DNA of 51,903 bases from the NCBI GenBank assembly GCA_029259185.1, contig JAPDJF010000037.1, positions 1 through 51,903 of the forward strand, written 5' to 3'. Shown here piece by piece: positions 49,418 to 51,903 of the stretch. This DNA is from Hadesarchaea archaeon (GTDB lineage: Archaea; Hadarchaeota; Hadarchaeia; Hadarchaeales; WYZ-LMO6). A program made the position numbers and the translations under genes. Every line of letters starts with the position of its first letter. Positions within the stretch are counted from its first letter, which is position 1. The notes beneath the pieces were generated by a model. The model saw only the letters and a list, made by a program, of their open reading frames with translations. It made no database searches and was not told the origin of the DNA.

Positions 49418-50320
49418 TTGCCCACGATTTTTATACACTTTTTGATACGACCATCGATCAACTCTGATAACGATGCCCCAAAGCTCAATAATAGGACATT
49501 CCATATCTTCGTATGGGGGAACTTGATCCTAGATCTGAGAGAAGAGTTGCCGATCATCCTTTCTTCAGCATCTGTGCTCGTTGCCTTCATCGCCATTACA
49601 TTCTTCACTTCTTCTCCCCCACCCGAGATCATGCTCGTGGTGTTCGCATCCTTGGCGTGCACCATATTGGTTTTCTTCCTCGTCCTGTGGAAGCAAGAAG
49701 AAGAAACCGTGGAGTCTGGAGGAAGCGAAGAAGAATGGACTCGTATACTCGCTGAGCTCAGGACCGGGAAGAAAAAAGCTAGGAAACCTGGGACGGGAGC
49801 CGAAGTGGAGGAGTCCAAACCCACAGACGATCCTCGAGAGCTGATCCGAGGAGTAGAGCTAGAAGGATGGAGAGTCGTTGAAGAGGACGAAGTGCCCCCA
49901 GAGGATGTGATATGGGGAAGGATAAGCCTTTCCGAATCAGTGACCATCCCGGACTTAGGATTCGAGAAGGGATTCATGAAAATCCTTGAGAAAGAGGGGA
50001 GAAGAACCGCTTTCTGTATCCTCAAGTTCTCCTCCCACGAAAGAGCGAAAGCCGCGTTCGCGGGCATCACCGAAGAATGGAGGAAAGAAAGCAAGTATCC
50101 GGTATCCGCTGGTGAGGAGGCCGTTGGGGTGTACTTGGAATCCGAGGGGGTGGATGGAGTCTTCTTCAGGCAGGCGAATCTATTGGTGTTGATCTTGGTG
50201 GGTGACCCTCGGGGAGTGTCTCAGGGGGACTCAACCCAGTTCGTCCAGCTCCTGAAGAGGCTTCCTCCTCCGAGAGAAGAATCCATGAAGGAAGAGATTG
50301 AAACGCTCCTTAAAGAGTGA
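49418..50320 (+). CDS. hypothetical membrane protein (two N-terminal TM helices plus soluble domain); true start probably downstream of 49418
   Basis: Hydrophobic segments IILSSASVLVAFIAITFF and IMLVVFASLACTILVFFLVLW, followed by a charged domain. Confidence 0.7.
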   Translation: MPTIFIHFLIRPSINSDNDAPKLNNRTFHIFVWGNLILDLREELPIILSSASVLVAFIAITFFTSSPPPEIMLVVFASLACTILVFFLVLWKQEEETVESGGSEEEWTRILAELRTGKKKARKPGTGAEVEESKPTDDPRELIRGVELEGWRVVEEDEVPPEDVIWGRISLSESVTIPDLGFEKGFMKILEKEGRRTAFCILKFSSHERAKAAFAGITEEWRKESKYPVSAGEEAVGVYLESEGVDGVFFRQANLLVLILVGDPRGVSQGDSTQFVQLLKRLPPPREESMKEEIETLLKE

Positions 50321-50327
50321 AAGGTTC

Positions 50328-51452
50328 TCATCGGGGGATCCACACAACCTTCCCCCACTTACCCGCGTGTTGCCTCTTGATTTGTTCTAGAATCCTCGCC
50401 GCATTTCTGCCCATTTCAGTTAGGAAATACTTTTTCTCCTCATCCTTTCTGATCAACCCGCCAGACTCAAGCTTCTGGAGGTGGAAACTGAGCTTCGGGG
50501 AATCGCTTATCCCTATTCGCCGAGCCAACGTGGTGAAACTTATCCCATCCTCGAAACTCAGCTGGGAGATTATTTTCCTCCTCAGCTGGTTGGAGAGTGA
50601 ACTCGAGATGATCCCCACCGGTACCTCGGATATTAAGTGATGGAGTTCCTCCAGTTCGACCCGGTCCATGTTCTTGGGATCCCCGGATAGGATGAGAACG
50701 ACATTCGAAGACGCGAGCCCTTCCTCAACACCCTCCAAAAAATCCCTCACCAAAGGGAGGGGGTTTTTGTCCAGTAGATAATCGATGTCGCCCATCAAGA
50801 TCACCGAGTCTGGATTGTTCGAAGCGAATCCAAGGATGAGCTCACGGAGTTCATCGAGCCTCTGAGGGTGGTGTCCCCCCTCCTCCTCCGAAAGCAAAAC
50901 GTAGGTTACACCATCTAACCCATACCTCTCTCGGAGCTCCCTCGCATTTCTCCTCGACACGACCAACCCCCGCCTCCCACCTTTCATCAAGTTTTTGAAC
51001 TCCTCAAACGCATCCTTCATTTCCTCCTCCGCCGGTGCCGAAACGAGAGCCCCCCGCCGTTTCTCAAACTCGATATCCTCGAGGGCCCCCAGGACGGTAG
51101 ATTTTATGTCTTTCAATTCGAACGGTTTCCGTATGTAGTCGGCCGCGCCCTCCTTCATTGCCTCAACCGCGGTATCCACCGACGCATAGGCGGTTAGCAT
51201 TATGACATAGGTATCAGGGCTCATCTTCTTGGTCCTTTTCAGAAGCTCCACACCATCCATCCCAGGCATCTTCACGTCAAAAAATGCTATATCTATCCTC
51301 TTCTCCCTGAGTTTTTTCAGTGCATCTTCTCCCGAGAAGGAGGTGATCACTTCATAGCCTTCTCCCTCGAGTGCTGCCTTTATGGCCTCCGCTATGGAGG
51401 GGTCATCGTCTACGACCAGTATCTTGGGTTTCCCTAATCCCTTACTCAACAT
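50328..51452 (-). CDS. response regulator: receiver + DUF835-like domain + winged HTH
   Basis: ILVVDDD, D.KMPGMDG (phospho-Asp), MLTAY, KPF. Central GLVVSR.N...VI...IDYL...N segment is DUF835-like; C-terminal LRRKII..L...SFT.L......LSFHL.KL...GLI. Probable ATG at 51452. Confidence 0.85.
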   Translation of the reverse strand: MLSKGLGKPKILVVDDDPSIAEAIKAALEGEGYEVITSFSGEDALKKLREKRIDIAFFDVKMPGMDGVELLKRTKKMSPDTYVIMLTAYASVDTAVEAMKEGAADYIRKPFELKDIKSTVLGALEDIEFEKRRGALVSAPAEEEMKDAFEEFKNLMKGGRRGLVVSRRNARELRERYGLDGVTYVLLSEEEGGHHPQRLDELRELILGFASNNPDSVILMGDIDYLLDKNPLPLVRDFLEGVEEGLASSNVVLILSGDPKNMDRVELEELHHLISEVPVGIISSSLSNQLRRKIISQLSFEDGISFTTLARRIGISDSPKLSFHLQKLESGGLIRKDEEKKYFLTEMGRNAARILEQIKRQHAGKWGKVVWIPR

Positions 51453-51537
51453 TTCTTTAGTTAAGGTTGTTTTCCTTTTATAAAAATCTACCCTTTCCAT
51501 CCCTAAAAACCATAGAAAAGAGATAGCTGAAAAGTCA

Positions 51538-51670
51538 TCGGTTTTCCAAGGCGTTGGGTTCGGGGTGGTCCTCTCCACCTCCCGGAAGAAATTGGAGGGG
51601 AAATAACGTGGTTTTCGGCTCTCATCCCCAGCTCTCGCAGGGAACTTCCCGCCGGGAGAGTTAGAGTTAA
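51538..51670 (+). repeat. intergenic direct repeat, copy 2 (with ~20-nt insertion)
   Basis: Matches 45700-45807 in two identical blocks of 31 and 43 nt. Confidence 0.9.
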
Positions 51671-51697
51671 AAAAGGAGGGAGTGACTTAGACTCCCC
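51669..51697 (-). terminator. hairpin plus T-tract after the second archaellin gene
   Basis: Minus strand gggagt-ctaagtc-actccc, then tcc and TTTTTT, right after the TGA stop. Confidence 0.5.
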
Positions 51698-51700
51698 TCA

Positions 51701-51903
51701 TCAGAGCTCCGTCACAGCCAGCCCATCGAGAGCCGCGGGTACGAGGAGGACCTCCCGGGTTTCTATCCCGACCTTGGGGATTATCTTCACCCAGGCCTTC
51801 TCGTCCTCTTGAAGGGCACCGCCCACGTCATCCTCTATTATCTTGATGTTGATCCATATCTCCGCCATCGCCCCCGTGGTGGAGAGGATGTATGGCTTCG
51901 CCC
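51701..51903 (-). CDS. arlB: archaellin, 3' part (second copy); start lies beyond the window end
   Basis: Manual translation AKPYILSTTGAMAEIWINIKIIEDDVGGALQEDEKAWVKIIPKVGIETREVLLVPAALDGLAVTEL* aligns with the C-terminus of the 42505 archaellin ([12 protein letters not shown]......[10 protein letters not shown]...VP). Confidence 0.8.
   Translation of the reverse strand, partial: AKPYILSTTGAMAEIWINIKIIEDDVGGALQEDEKAWVKIIPKVGIETREVLLVPAALDGLAVTEL

Overview
Archaeal genomic window, probably a thermophilic Euryarchaeota-type lineage; Hadarchaeota-like is a guess, not established. Left to right: a partial tnpB (IS200/IS605-type) with its left-end hairpin, small housekeeping genes, argG-argC-argJ, a frameshifted TnpB-related remnant, prs, a PflX-like radical SAM gene, MgtE/PhoU-TrkA_C genes, cgi121, an RPA subunit, aIF2beta, and ilvBNCD-leuCDB-argH-argG2-serA. 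Next come the archaeal exosome/proteasome superoperon (rpl15e to pfdB and a DHH gene, without Rpp30) and ilvE. The right ~18 kb is an unusual archaellum locus: arlC-D/E-F-G-H, TWO arlI ATPases separated by an orphan gene, arlJ, a pilin-like gene and a divergent archaellin. Between that archaellin and a second, partial one lie a wHTH regulator, a triple-PAS histidine kinase, an SCP2 lipid-binding protein, a 492-aa unknown protein, an acyl-CoA ligase with degenerate catalytic motifs, a membrane protein and a REC-DUF835-like-HTH regulator. This block is the best candidate for an undescribed (possibly lipid-sensing) motility control system. Several structured intergenic elements and a ~110-130 nt direct repeat were also seen. 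No CRISPR array, tRNA or rRNA was recognised. All family calls come from motif recognition by eye, with no database searches.
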